A stretch of 64,000 bases of DNA from Gammaproteobacteria bacterium (GTDB taxonomy: Bacteria > Pseudomonadota > Gammaproteobacteria > Eutrophobiales > Eutrophobiaceae): the NCBI GenBank assembly GCA_965205405.1, contig OZ242169.1, positions 333,826 to 397,825 of the forward strand, given 5' to 3'. The notes below the pieces were generated by a model. It did no database searches, was not told the DNA's origin, and saw nothing but the letters and a program-made list of their open reading frames with translations. Every line of letters begins with the position of its first letter. Within the stretch, counting starts at the first letter, position 1. This document shows positions 29,751 to 39,648 of this stretch, in pieces. A program made the position numbers and the translations under genes.

Positions 29751-32240
29751 ATGAATAAGATCTTCAAAGCCGCTTTGAGTTTAGCTTTGATTGGCGTCGT
29801 CGCATCACCGCTTAACGCACAGGTACTGGAAGAAATTATCGTTACCGCGCAGAAACGTGAGCAGAACCTGCAGGACGTACCGATTTCAATACTGGCGATA
29901 ACAGGTGACGATATAAAGGCCGGCGGCTTTTCCGATATGGAGGACCTGGCCAGCTTCGTGCCGAATTTGTTCATGTCGGATTCGCTTGTGGGTCAGAACC
30001 TCGTCATCCGCGGCATTGGCACCACGGTCGCCAATGAGGCGTTTGAACAGGCTGTCGCGCAATTCCACGACGGGGTTTATTACGGTCGCGATAATCTGAG
30101 CCAGAACAGCTTCTTTGACCTGGAACGGGTGGAAGTAATCCGCGGTCCGGCGCCGGTATTTGCCGGACAGAGCGCCACTGCCGGCGCATTGAGTTATATC
30201 AGTCGCCGTCCCGGTGACGAGTGGGATGGGAATATTTCGGCAGCCTACGGCACTGATGAAGAACTCAGCCTGGAAGCCGCCGCCGGTGGCCCGTTGTCGG
30301 ATACGTTCGGTATCCGTGTCTCCGGACGCTATTACGAACTCAACGACGCCGGCTACAAGCATGTGCTGACCGGTAAGGAGTTGGGCACCAAGGAAAACTG
30401 GGGCACGCGGGTTCTCGGCGTGTGGACACCGACGGACGATTTTGAGCTAACATTCAAGTATGAGCATCAGGACGTGCTTCAGATTGGCGTGCCGACTGAA
30501 TATACCCGTTGCGAAACACGACCTGCACTCAGTGCCTCTCATCCCGCTATATCGCCCTTCATAGGCGCACTGTGTGCGCTGGACGCCGCGTACAACGGAA
30601 TCGATTTAAACAGGCTGGACGGCGTGGTCGGCTCCGGCGGCTCGCTGGATGTGAGAGCGGCGATGGATGAGCTCAATGCTGCCAGCGGCGCCGTGTTCGG
30701 CGACCCGAACTACTGGGGCGCTCCTTTCAGCCCGGTTTCCCGCGGTCTTAACAGCGCGCAGATATTCAATGAAGAAGAGCGGCGTGAGCACCAGGTAAAC
30801 GTCGGTCTGCTGGCGTTTGACTGGGATGTCGGCGGCAAAGGTATTGTGATGAATTCCATCACGTCCTACGTGGAATACGACAAACAAGACTTTCTGGACC
30901 CGGATATGAGTACGTTTGCCATTTTTGCCGGTAGACGCACTGAATCCTTCGAGCAGTTCGCGCAGGAGATCCGGTTTACCTCGCCGGAGGATCAACGATT
31001 CTCCTGGATGGTCGGCGCCTATTATCAGGAACATGACCTGACGACGCAGATCGATGTGCATCTGCCATGGCTGTTTGACCTGCCGAATTTCTTCTCCATG
31101 GGCTTTGTTCCGCGCAATCCCGCCCTGGACCCAACGGTGCACAGCGCCATCAGCTTTGGCGGTCCGCTGGTAGAGGATTCCCGCTGGATCTCCGCGTTTT
31201 TCAATACGACGTTTAATGTGACCGATAATATCCGCATCAATGTCGGTGGGCGCTACGTGGACATTGAGAAAGAGGGGACCGAGAACCCACAACTGTCGCT
31301 CCTGCCTATCGGCGCAACTGAATTCGGCCCTGCTGTTCCACTTGGCCCCCCGGTATCGGGTGAAGCCAATGCCAGCGACTTTCTGCCGGAGGTTGGTTTG
31401 CAGTGGGACGTGAGCAACGACATCATGCTCTACGGTAAATATTCCGAGGCGTTGAAGGCCGGCGGTTTTGTAAAGTCACCGCCGGTCACAGGCGGCGCCC
31501 CTGATCCTTTCTCTTACAAACCTGAGAAAGCGGAAGGCTGGGAAGGCGGTATCAAGGCGCTGTTGCTCAATGGCAGACTGGCGCTCAACGTGGCGGGCTT
31601 TTACACCGACTTCAGCGAACTGCAGGTCACTATTTTCAACAATGCGACCGGACAGTTCATCACACAAAACGCCGCCGCTTCACATACTACTGGTGTTGAG
31701 ATCGACGGCCGTTGGGCTGTCACCGATAATTTTACCCTGGGCTTTGCCGGTAACTATACCGAGGCCGAATATGACGAGTACAATGGCGCGCCGTGTAATT
31801 CGTTGGATACCAAGTTGGCAGTGATTGCAGCCATGAACCCGTTTGCCCCATGTTTCATTGATGGCGCCGGAGAGGAGCTGCCGTTCTCACCCGAATGGTC
31901 AGTAAACCTGCAGCCGAACTACCGGATGAGCATCGGTGGTTTTCAGGTCACCGCCGGCGCCAACCTTATATTCAGTGACGGCTATCGCCTGTTCGGTATC
32001 AGCGGCGACCCGCTGGATCAGGTGGATTCCTGGGAGCGTCTTGACCTGCGACTGGCCATTGCCCCACCCGACGGCAACTGGGAAGTCGCTGCTTATGGCC
32101 GCGATGTCACCGATGAACAGCGCCAGCACATGGACGCATTCGAATTCCTGAGCACGAGTCTGGACGTGGTTCACGATGCCAACGGTGTCGGCCGCGAGCG
32201 CGGGGCGCGTTTCGGTGTGCAGTTAAGCTACTCCTTTTAA
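29751..32240 (+). CDS. TonB-dependent outer-membrane receptor
   Basis: An 829-aa ORF with a signal peptide, a TonB box/plug and a C-terminal β-barrel ending in F. Confidence 0.85.
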   Translation: MNKIFKAALSLALIGVVASPLNAQVLEEIIVTAQKREQNLQDVPISILAITGDDIKAGGFSDMEDLASFVPNLFMSDSLVGQNLVIRGIGTTVANEAFEQAVAQFHDGVYYGRDNLSQNSFFDLERVEVIRGPAPVFAGQSATAGALSYISRRPGDEWDGNISAAYGTDEELSLEAAAGGPLSDTFGIRVSGRYYELNDAGYKHVLTGKELGTKENWGTRVLGVWTPTDDFELTFKYEHQDVLQIGVPTEYTRCETRPALSASHPAISPFIGALCALDAAYNGIDLNRLDGVVGSGGSLDVRAAMDELNAASGAVFGDPNYWGAPFSPVSRGLNSAQIFNEEERREHQVNVGLLAFDWDVGGKGIVMNSITSYVEYDKQDFLDPDMSTFAIFAGRRTESFEQFAQEIRFTSPEDQRFSWMVGAYYQEHDLTTQIDVHLPWLFDLPNFFSMGFVPRNPALDPTVHSAISFGGPLVEDSRWISAFFNTTFNVTDNIRINVGGRYVDIEKEGTENPQLSLLPIGATEFGPAVPLGPPVSGEANASDFLPEVGLQWDVSNDIMLYGKYSEALKAGGFVKSPPVTGGAPDPFSYKPEKAEGWEGGIKALLLNGRLALNVAGFYTDFSELQVTIFNNATGQFITQNAAASHTTGVEIDGRWAVTDNFTLGFAGNYTEAEYDEYNGAPCNSLDTKLAVIAAMNPFAPCFIDGAGEELPFSPEWSVNLQPNYRMSIGGFQVTAGANLIFSDGYRLFGISGDPLDQVDSWERLDLRLAIAPPDGNWEVAAYGRDVTDEQRQHMDAFEFLSTSLDVVHDANGVGRERGARFGVQLSYSF

Positions 32241-32247
32241 TATTTTA

Positions 32248-32330
32248 ATATTTGGGGTCAGAGTAAAAATACTCAACTATTATCTGAGGCCATCAGCCAA
32301 CTTGAACGTATTTTTACTCTGACCCCAAAT
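32248..32330. mobile_element. MITE-like element, copy 9 (subfamily A)
   Basis: It lies between the receptor stop codon and the start of the M24 hydrolase gene. Confidence 0.85.
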
Positions 32331-32368
32331 TCACCGGGTTAGTCATTACCACAAGAGGTACATTACAA

Positions 32369-33598
32369 ATGCTTAATAAAGTGGAACGATTCTATGCCCA
32401 GCCCCCCTATGCTCCTTTTCCCAGACCCGAGTTTGAGGACCGAGTACGCCGGCTGAAAGAAGAAATGGCAGCTGCCAGGCTGGATGTGATGGTTATGTGG
32501 GGCGATATTAATATCCGCTATTTTACCGGCTTTTACTCTAACCACTGGCCGCCGGTCACAGTATGTCCCGCGGTACTGTTAATTGCCGTCGATAAGGAAC
32601 CGGTAATGATCGTGCCGGACTTTTTCCAGGGTGTGGTAGAGGGTTATACCTTTGTTGAGGATATTCGCTGCCAACACCATCCGCACGTGACTGCACATCT
32701 CAGGGGGCTGCCAAGAGAGGTGGCGGATGTAGCGAAGGAGCTTATGGGCAGCAGCAAGGGCCGGGTCGGTATCGAAGGCGGCATCAAAGGTGGCATGACC
32801 ATTCCACGGCCAATCAACGATATCGATGAGTTTCGCGCTGCGCTTCCGGACGTGGAGTTTGTCTATGCCGCAGACCAGATCTGGAACGTTAGGATGATCA
32901 AGTCGCTGTTGGAGGTAGAGGCGTTAAAGATCGCCTGTGAAGCTGACGTCAAAGCGTATCACGACCTGATTGCCAATTTTGAGTGGGGCTGGACCGAGAA
33001 AGACGTCGGGCTGTTCGTCCGGCAACAACTCCTCGAATATGCGGATGAATGCAAACCTTGTCTTTGTATGGCCAGCCGCCGCAAGGTATTCATGGCGGAC
33101 ATCCCGGCCTGGGATGAAGGTATTCCACTGATGCCGGGTGATCGCCTGGTATTGGAACCTCTGCCTGAAATCAAAGGTTACTGGGGAAGTTCCGGTCGCA
33201 CCTTTCATATGGGCCCGGCGCCGGAGGAAGAGATTCGCAAGATACAAGTTCTGGACAGTGGCCGGGAAGTTGCCGCGGAAATCACAAAACCGGGTGTTAC
33301 AACCGGTGAGATTATGGATGCGATCAACCAGACATTACAGGATGGCGGTCTTCATTGTTCCCTGGACCAGGGTGGACACGGTGTCGGACTGGACGGTCAG
33401 GAACCTCCAGCGATTGCTCTCGGTGAAAAATTCGTGGTACAGGAAAACATGGTGCTGGCCGTCGAGTGCTGGATGTTTGAAACTGATGAGTTGGGGCACC
33501 ATAGAGTATACGGCGGAGAAGATTATGTGCATGTCACAAAAGACGGTTGTGACCTGTTACCAACTTTCCCGACGGATATCGTCAGTCTGGGTACCTGA
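32369..33598 (+). CDS. M24 family hydrolase (creatinase/prolidase N-terminal domain plus pita-bread fold; creatinase/ectoine-hydrolase-like)
   Basis: A 409-aa ORF with HGVGLDGQEPP and VECWMFE motifs. Confidence 0.7.
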   Translation: MLNKVERFYAQPPYAPFPRPEFEDRVRRLKEEMAAARLDVMVMWGDINIRYFTGFYSNHWPPVTVCPAVLLIAVDKEPVMIVPDFFQGVVEGYTFVEDIRCQHHPHVTAHLRGLPREVADVAKELMGSSKGRVGIEGGIKGGMTIPRPINDIDEFRAALPDVEFVYAADQIWNVRMIKSLLEVEALKIACEADVKAYHDLIANFEWGWTEKDVGLFVRQQLLEYADECKPCLCMASRRKVFMADIPAWDEGIPLMPGDRLVLEPLPEIKGYWGSSGRTFHMGPAPEEEIRKIQVLDSGREVAAEITKPGVTTGEIMDAINQTLQDGGLHCSLDQGGHGVGLDGQEPPAIALGEKFVVQENMVLAVECWMFETDELGHHRVYGGEDYVHVTKDGCDLLPTFPTDIVSLGT

Positions 33599-33634
33599 AA
33601 TACAAGCAGTAATTCAGTAAAAAGAATGTGAACT

Positions 33635-34528
33635 ATGAAAAGAGCCGTATTCGTCGCACCGACTATCCACGAATATTCCGACCCGAATAATCTGCTTGAT
33701 CTGGCCAGAATCACCGAACAGGCGGGCTGGGACGGTTATTTCATTTGTGATCATTTGATTCTGGATCCCGGGGGTTACCTGGCCCTTGCCGACCCCACCG
33801 TAACGCTTGGAGCGATCGCCGCGGTCACAAAGAAGGTCATTATCGGAGCAATGGTCACACCGGTATCCCGCCGGCGACCATGGAAGCTGGCAAAGGAGTT
33901 CGCCAGCCTGGATCAATTATCGGGCGGACGCCTGCGCATTGGAATCGGGTTGGGAGGTCTGGATCAGGAATTTTCGAATTTCGGGGAAGATCCTGATAAG
34001 AAAGTGCTGGCGAGGAAAACAGACGAAGGAGTCGCCATCATGGAAAAACTGCATACGGGAGAAGCCGTAAACTTCGATGGTGAAATGTACCGGATTAAGG
34101 ACGCCAGACTACTCCCGCGTCCAGTGCAACGCCCGCGCATTCCGGTTTGGGTTGCCGCCATGTTACCGGCAAAACCAGGCCAACGCCGGGCCGCGCGTTG
34201 GGACGGTATCATGCCCCACGTAATACCGGCGATTCTTGAAGAAACACAGGACATCTCGGATATAGACCTGCGCGTGATTATGTCTCCCAGCCCGGAACAG
34301 ATTCGGGAGGTGGTTGAGTTTACCTCGGGATTGCGCGACACAGATGAACCATTTGATGTGATCGCCTCTGGTATTACCTACGGACTGGACAGGAGTGAGG
34401 CGCGCAGCAGGTTACAATCCTACCGGGACGCCGGCGCCACCTGGTGGTTCGAATGGCTGGACTGCGGCAGACCGGGAACGTTGGAGCAGGTACGCGAACA
34501 GATTCAGGCTGGTCCACCGGAAGCCTGA
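33635..34528 (+). CDS. LLM-class (luciferase-like) flavin-dependent oxidoreductase
   Basis: A 297-aa TIM-barrel LLM-like sequence. Confidence 0.7.
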   Translation: MKRAVFVAPTIHEYSDPNNLLDLARITEQAGWDGYFICDHLILDPGGYLALADPTVTLGAIAAVTKKVIIGAMVTPVSRRRPWKLAKEFASLDQLSGGRLRIGIGLGGLDQEFSNFGEDPDKKVLARKTDEGVAIMEKLHTGEAVNFDGEMYRIKDARLLPRPVQRPRIPVWVAAMLPAKPGQRRAARWDGIMPHVIPAILEETQDISDIDLRVIMSPSPEQIREVVEFTSGLRDTDEPFDVIASGITYGLDRSEARSRLQSYRDAGATWWFEWLDCGRPGTLEQVREQIQAGPPEA

Positions 34529-34543
34529 GGATGCTGTCTGGTG

Positions 34544-34680
34544 ATATTTGGGGTCAGAGTAAAAAGATATTTGGGGTCAGAGTAAAAATACGGGCAATCC
34601 GGTAGATTGTGTTGCTGTACTATTAAGTATTTTTACTCTGACCCCAAATATCAAGTATTTTTACTCTGACCCCAAATATC
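34544..34680. mobile_element. MITE-like element, copy 10 (subfamily B loop CGGGCAATCCGGTAGATTGTGTTGCTGTAC), with a half-copy on each side
   Basis: The full element spans 34567-34650. Solo TIRs lie at 34544-34565 and 34654-34680. Confidence 0.85.
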
Positions 34681-34719
34681 TATAAGTAACTTTTTCTCTA
34701 CTACTAAAAGGAGATACTC

Positions 34720-35730
34720 ATGCCTGTACTTGCAATGGCAGTTCCGATACCGCCAGGGAAAATAAAAGCGTTGGAGCACCATATAACAGAAGCTGTTCAA
34801 CACGAAGATTTTGAAGAGACGCTAAAGGGTTTTGGCATTTTGCATGAGAGCTGGCATATACAGGAAACACCTCAAGGAGACCTGCTCATCCTGGTGTTTC
34901 AGTCCGATGACCCGTTTTCCATGCTCCAGGAATTCTCACGGTCGGAAAAAGACCTTCCAGTCATGCAAAAGAATTTTCTCCGGGAAACTCTGGGCATTGA
35001 TTTATCTCAACCCCCTCCCGGACCACCTTCAAGACTGATCTTTGAGTGGCCTGGTGCAATAGGAAGTAAAAAAACCATGGGGTGGGAAGTCATCCAGGAT
35101 CTCGTCGTTCCCAAGAGTACGGGTAAGACGATGAGGGTCAACAAGGGCCAGCTTTTTCGTGTCATAGAACATGAAGGGAAACAGGTAGTCGATCTTACTT
35201 TTTTAAACGCACACAATTATAAAGAGCACTTCGCCGGTGAGTATTCCGCCATGCTGAACAGTATGCAGGGAACAGGTGGCTATTATCGACTCACCAGGCT
35301 CTACTCCAAGCCCCCGTATGAGAATGTCATGGCAACCGTCGTCGATGACAAAGTTGGTAGCGGCGCCAGAGGGGGGGAAAGAGCGGGTCATTTCATGATG
35401 TGTCACTGCTCAAATCGATTACTTGAACATCTTGGCCTCCCGGGGACTCGGACTTGCAGCGATAACTTTGCCGATGCCTTCAGAGAGATTGGCTTAGAGC
35501 AGGAAGATACCTATGACGAGACTATCTTCAACGTATGGATGCACTCGTGGCTTGGCGAAGATGGCAGCATGAACTTTGCACGCCCACTTGCCGAAACAGG
35601 CGACTATGTAGACTTTCTGGCGGAGATGGATGTTATTGCCGTTTTATCAGTATGCCCGGATGAAACAAGTCCGTGTAATGATTTTAAAGCCAAAGCCTTA
35701 AGGTTCCAGGTTTTGGAATGGAAGGAATAA
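34720..35730 (+). CDS. DUF1989 (urea carboxylase-associated family) protein, long paralogue
   Basis: A 336-aa ORF whose C-terminal 210 aa are a paralogue of the next ORF (FRVIEHEGKQV...FLNAHNYKE...CPDE). Confidence 0.65.
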   Translation: MPVLAMAVPIPPGKIKALEHHITEAVQHEDFEETLKGFGILHESWHIQETPQGDLLILVFQSDDPFSMLQEFSRSEKDLPVMQKNFLRETLGIDLSQPPPGPPSRLIFEWPGAIGSKKTMGWEVIQDLVVPKSTGKTMRVNKGQLFRVIEHEGKQVVDLTFLNAHNYKEHFAGEYSAMLNSMQGTGGYYRLTRLYSKPPYENVMATVVDDKVGSGARGGERAGHFMMCHCSNRLLEHLGLPGTRTCSDNFADAFREIGLEQEDTYDETIFNVWMHSWLGEDGSMNFARPLAETGDYVDFLAEMDVIAVLSVCPDETSPCNDFKAKALRFQVLEWKE

Positions 35731-35736
35731 GAAACA

Positions 35737-36375
35737 ATGACCTCAAAGGTTATTAATGAATTCGTCATCCCCAAGTGCACTGGCAAGGCCTTCAGGGTCA
35801 ATAAGGGGCAGGTGTTTCGCGTCATAGAACATGAAGGGAAACAAGTGGCCGGCCTCATATTTTTAAACGCACACAATTATAAAGAACAGTTCATGGCCGA
35901 GTTTTCCGGAGGTCTGAATTATTTCCATCCCTCCGGTATAGGTAGTCATTACAGACTTAGTAAGCTCTACTCCAAGGTTCCCTATGAGAACGTGATGTTA
36001 ACTGTTACCGATAACAAAATTGGCGATCATTTCCTGGGGCCTCACTGCACGAGAACGATGATGGATATCTGGAAGGCGCCTGGTCATCGAAGCTGCAGCG
36101 ACAATTTTACTGACGCTCTAAGAGAGTTCGGCCTGGCGCTTGAAGATATCTATAGCCCTAGCGTTTTCAACGCTTTTGCCAATGTCCGTATCGACCCCAA
36201 GGGAGATGGCGCCATTCGCATTGACCCTCCCCGTGCCGAAAAAGACGACTATATAGAGTTTCTGGCTGAGATGGATGTTTTGGTGGCTGCTTCAGTATGC
36301 CCGGATGATAAATCAGCAATGAACGGCCACTCATGCAAAGCCATACAGATCCAGATTTTGGAATCCCAGCAATAA
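35737..36375 (+). CDS. DUF1989 (urea carboxylase-associated family) protein, short paralogue
   Basis: A 212-aa ORF, tandem with the previous gene across a 6-bp gap. Confidence 0.65.
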   Translation: MTSKVINEFVIPKCTGKAFRVNKGQVFRVIEHEGKQVAGLIFLNAHNYKEQFMAEFSGGLNYFHPSGIGSHYRLSKLYSKVPYENVMLTVTDNKIGDHFLGPHCTRTMMDIWKAPGHRSCSDNFTDALREFGLALEDIYSPSVFNAFANVRIDPKGDGAIRIDPPRAEKDDYIEFLAEMDVLVAASVCPDDKSAMNGHSCKAIQIQILESQQ

Positions 36376-36606
36376 ACACCAAGTAAAATCGAACCATTTC
36401 GATTGGATGGCCTTCATGCGTTTGTCATTGCGCCCATCCCTGGGCGCAACCCAACGGGCGGCCTGCGGCCGTGCAAATCGTCTATCCTGACGATTAGTCA
36501 TTGCGCCCACTAATGAGAAATGCAGAGTAAGGGTGCTATACTTTAGCCATGAACTATAATGGGAAATCCAGGGTCATAATGATTACTCGAGTTATGTGAC
36601 TGTTTA

Positions 36607-37958
36607 ATGAAACTTGGCCTATTTCAAATTGGGACGGCATTAGCTTTAATTTCGATCACCTGCGCGCCCTATTCCCAAACTGAGACATCCTTTTCGAAAA
36701 TACCGCAGACGCCGGTCCAATCAGTTCCTATACCCAAGCACAGGTTAATCTTCCCCGGTCCATAGCGGAATACGAACGGGAAATTCAGGCGCGGGAAGCG
36801 GAGCACGGTGTTTATGACCCCGCTACGGGTGAATTTCTATTATCCGTCGGTCTGGTCTACCAAAACGACGGAAAGCATGATGAAGCCGTTGATGCATTCG
36901 CACGCGCCCTGCAAATCAAGCGGGTCAATGAAGGCCTGTACAGTACCAGCCAACTGCTCATTTTGGAACAACTCATCAAAAGCAATATCGCCAGTGCTAA
37001 CTGGGAGGAAGTGGATCAGAACTATCAACAACTGCTATGGATAAACAAGCGCAATTATGATGCCGGCGACCCACGTCTGTTACCCGTCGTCGATACGGTC
37101 GGGCGCTGGAAGCTGAAAGCCTACAAGGAAGACCTGCTGGATAGCAGCGCAATCAGTACTATCGGCGAGTCCGAAAAACTTTTCCGGGATACGATTATTA
37201 TCCTGGAACGCCAGTATGGTGAGAATGATCCAAGGCTGATCAACCCGCTCTACGGCAGGGCATTGACAAACTACCAGTATGCCATTGAAGTTGCCAATAC
37301 CCCGCAGGATGAGTTTCATGGGGCCGGCAGTCCGACCAGGACCCAGGTGATGTGCCGCACCGTTCCGACAGCCAACGGCGGCGCCAGACGTATCTGTAAT
37401 ACCATAAGGGTACCTGACCCAAGCTATTATGCCAGCCAGTCAAGCAACAAGGACTTTGCCCTGGGGCAACGTATCGTTGCAGTCGGCAAGGCGTTGCGAC
37501 ATATTGTGCAAATTCATGAGACTAATCCTGACCTGCCCAGGGATTCCCATGCCAAGGCCCTGGTGCACCTGGGTGACTGGAATCTCCTGAGAGGCAAGAA
37601 AACCACGGCCCACAAGAACTACAAATCCGCTTATCAACTCCTGGCTGATACCGGTGAACACCAGGAAGTAATTGAAGAATTATTCGGTAAGCCGCAGAAT
37701 TTGCCGGCGCTGCGGCTGCCGTTACCCGAAATCGATGACAAACTGGAACAAGAGAAGACAACATCCGTCCTCGCGTCGTTTGACGTATCCAGCACCGGCC
37801 GCGCGAAAAATGTACAGATTCTCGAATCGGAGCCGCCGGATGCTACCTCCGCCCGCAGAAAAGCCAAGAAAACGATCCGCGGGCGCATCTACCGGCCACG
37901 TTTTGAAAACGGCGAACCGGTAAATACAGTAGGTAATAAAATCCGTATAGTGGATTAA
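36607..37958 (+). pseudogene. Lipoprotein-type signal peptide plus TPR-like body plus TonB-C-like C-terminus, interrupted by a frameshift (or a sequencing error)
   Basis: ATG at 36607 opens a reading frame encoding MKLGLFQIGTALALISITC... that stops at 36757. The body reading frame is open from 36684 and encodes coherent protein sequence, but it has no start codon before the TTG at 36963. Confidence 0.5.
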
Positions 37959-37975
37959 CCCAACCCGGGCTAGAC

Positions 37976-39373
37976 ATGAAACAGGCTGATTCCGTGTCGT
38001 TTGCGCGCGTGTTGGCGAGACGAGAAGTACTGGCCCTGTCATTCGGCGCCATGATCGGTTTCAGTTGGGTGATCCTGACCGATAACTGGATTCTCGAGGC
38101 CGGCGTCGGAGGCGCGGTCCTGGCCTTTGCCCTGGGTGGTATCGCTATCTTATTCATCGGTCTGGCATACTCGGAGTTAGCCGCCGCCATGCCGCTGGTG
38201 GGCGGGGAGCATGTTTACAGTTATCGGGCAATGGGAGATCTCGGCTCTTTTATATGCACTTGGGCGATCCTGCTGGGTTACGTATCAGTGGCCGCCTTTG
38301 AGTCTGTCGCCTTTCCGACGATACTGGAAAGCCTGTTGGGCCAAAACAGGGTGATCTACCTGTGGACGGTGTCCGGCTGGGATGTCTACCTGAGCTGGGC
38401 ATTGGTGGGGGTGGCAGGGTCGATAGTCATCGCCTGGATTAATGTCCGCGGAGTAAAACTGACGACACAGGTTCAGACGGCGGTAACAACTGTCATTATC
38501 TTGGCGGGACTGGCGCTGTTTACCGGCGCTCCCCTGAACGGACACCCGAACAATATTCAAACATTTTTCAATAACGGCTTCGCCGGGTTTGCCGGTGTCC
38601 TGGTGTTAGTACCGATCCTGTTCGTGGGTTTTGACGTCATACCACAGGCGGCAGAAGAAATTGATCTCCCCCGTAACACCATCGGACGCCTCTTGATGTT
38701 CTCAGTCATCCTGGCGGTGTTGTTTTACATCTTTGTCATCCTCGCGGTCGGTTTGTGCCTGGACGCCACGGCACTGGCTGCCGCCGACGTGGGAACCGCC
38801 GAGGCCGCTGCCGTTGCCCTGGGTGGGAAGTGGGGAGAATTCCTGCTCCTGCTGGCCGGCCTGGCCGGTATTCTTACCAGTTGGAACGCCTTTGTCGTGG
38901 GCGGCAGCCGTACTATTTACGCCCTGGCCCACGCCAATATGCTGCCCCGTACTTTCGCGGTACTCCACCCGGTCTATAAAACGCCGGTCAACGCCATTTA
39001 TCTCATAACGGTTTTTTGTATCACCGCGCCGTTCTTCGGGCGACCCATACTGTTGTGGCTGCTCAATGCCGGCAGCTTCGGCATCATTATCGCCTATGCA
39101 CTGGTGGCGGTTTCCTGGCTACTCCTGCGCCGGAGCGAACCCGGAATGGAACGACCGTTCCGCGCCGGTAATTCAACCGTCGTCGGCTGGCTGGCCCTGA
39201 TACTCGCCGTGGCCCTGATCACTATTTACCTGCCCGGCATGCCCGCCGCCCTGCTCTGGCCCCATGAATGGATAATCGTCCTCGCCTGGGCAGTCGCCGG
39301 CAGTCTTATGTATTCCCGGACACGCAGTATCTACGGCCCGGCCGACCCGGGCAGGATATTACGCCGCACATGA
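37976..39373 (+). CDS. APC-family amino-acid permease
   Basis: A 465-aa, roughly 12-TMS ORF. Confidence 0.85.
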   Translation: MKQADSVSFARVLARREVLALSFGAMIGFSWVILTDNWILEAGVGGAVLAFALGGIAILFIGLAYSELAAAMPLVGGEHVYSYRAMGDLGSFICTWAILLGYVSVAAFESVAFPTILESLLGQNRVIYLWTVSGWDVYLSWALVGVAGSIVIAWINVRGVKLTTQVQTAVTTVIILAGLALFTGAPLNGHPNNIQTFFNNGFAGFAGVLVLVPILFVGFDVIPQAAEEIDLPRNTIGRLLMFSVILAVLFYIFVILAVGLCLDATALAAADVGTAEAAAVALGGKWGEFLLLLAGLAGILTSWNAFVVGGSRTIYALAHANMLPRTFAVLHPVYKTPVNAIYLITVFCITAPFFGRPILLWLLNAGSFGIIIAYALVAVSWLLLRRSEPGMERPFRAGNSTVVGWLALILAVALITIYLPGMPAALLWPHEWIIVLAWAVAGSLMYSRTRSIYGPADPGRILRRT

Positions 39374-39411
39374 CAGGCTCTCCTTGGCGACGGTCACAAA
39401 TAGGGACCACC

Positions 39412-39591
39412 TTATACACCGATGCCGAGAAATAAACTGCCGAATATACCGGACAGGATTGCACCCAATATAAACAAAATGATAATCGCCGGAATTGCCG
39501 CTATCGCCCATTTGACCATGAAAATGACCATTGAGATGAATGGCATCTTAATATCGGCTACTATGATTTTCGTTTCTTCTGCAGGATTCAT
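39412..39591 (-). CDS. Small membrane protein (59 aa); below the ORF-track length cut-off
   Basis: MNPAEETKIIVADIKMPFISMVIFMVKWAIAAIPAIIILFILGAILSGIFGSLFLGIGV*, with an AAGAAGG Shine-Dalgarno sequence 7 nt upstream of the ATG. Confidence 0.45.
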   Translation of the reverse strand: MNPAEETKIIVADIKMPFISMVIFMVKWAIAAIPAIIILFILGAILSGIFGSLFLGIGV

Positions 39592-39648
39592 TTGTACACC
39601 TTCTTGTAGTTCAGGAAGCTCTATGATTGCAACTAAATTAACAGTACG

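Noticed and set aside
29594-29974. A minus-strand 126-aa ORF overlapping the TonB-dependent receptor start
   Set aside because: It is antisense to a well-supported signal peptide and plug domain and has no recognisable features.
36420-36520. A palindrome TTGCGCCCAtccctGGGCGCAA and a direct repeat of GTCATTGCGCCCA after the DUF1989 genes, considered as a terminator
   Set aside because: No downstream T-run follows it. It may instead be a protein-binding site, so it is too uncertain to call.
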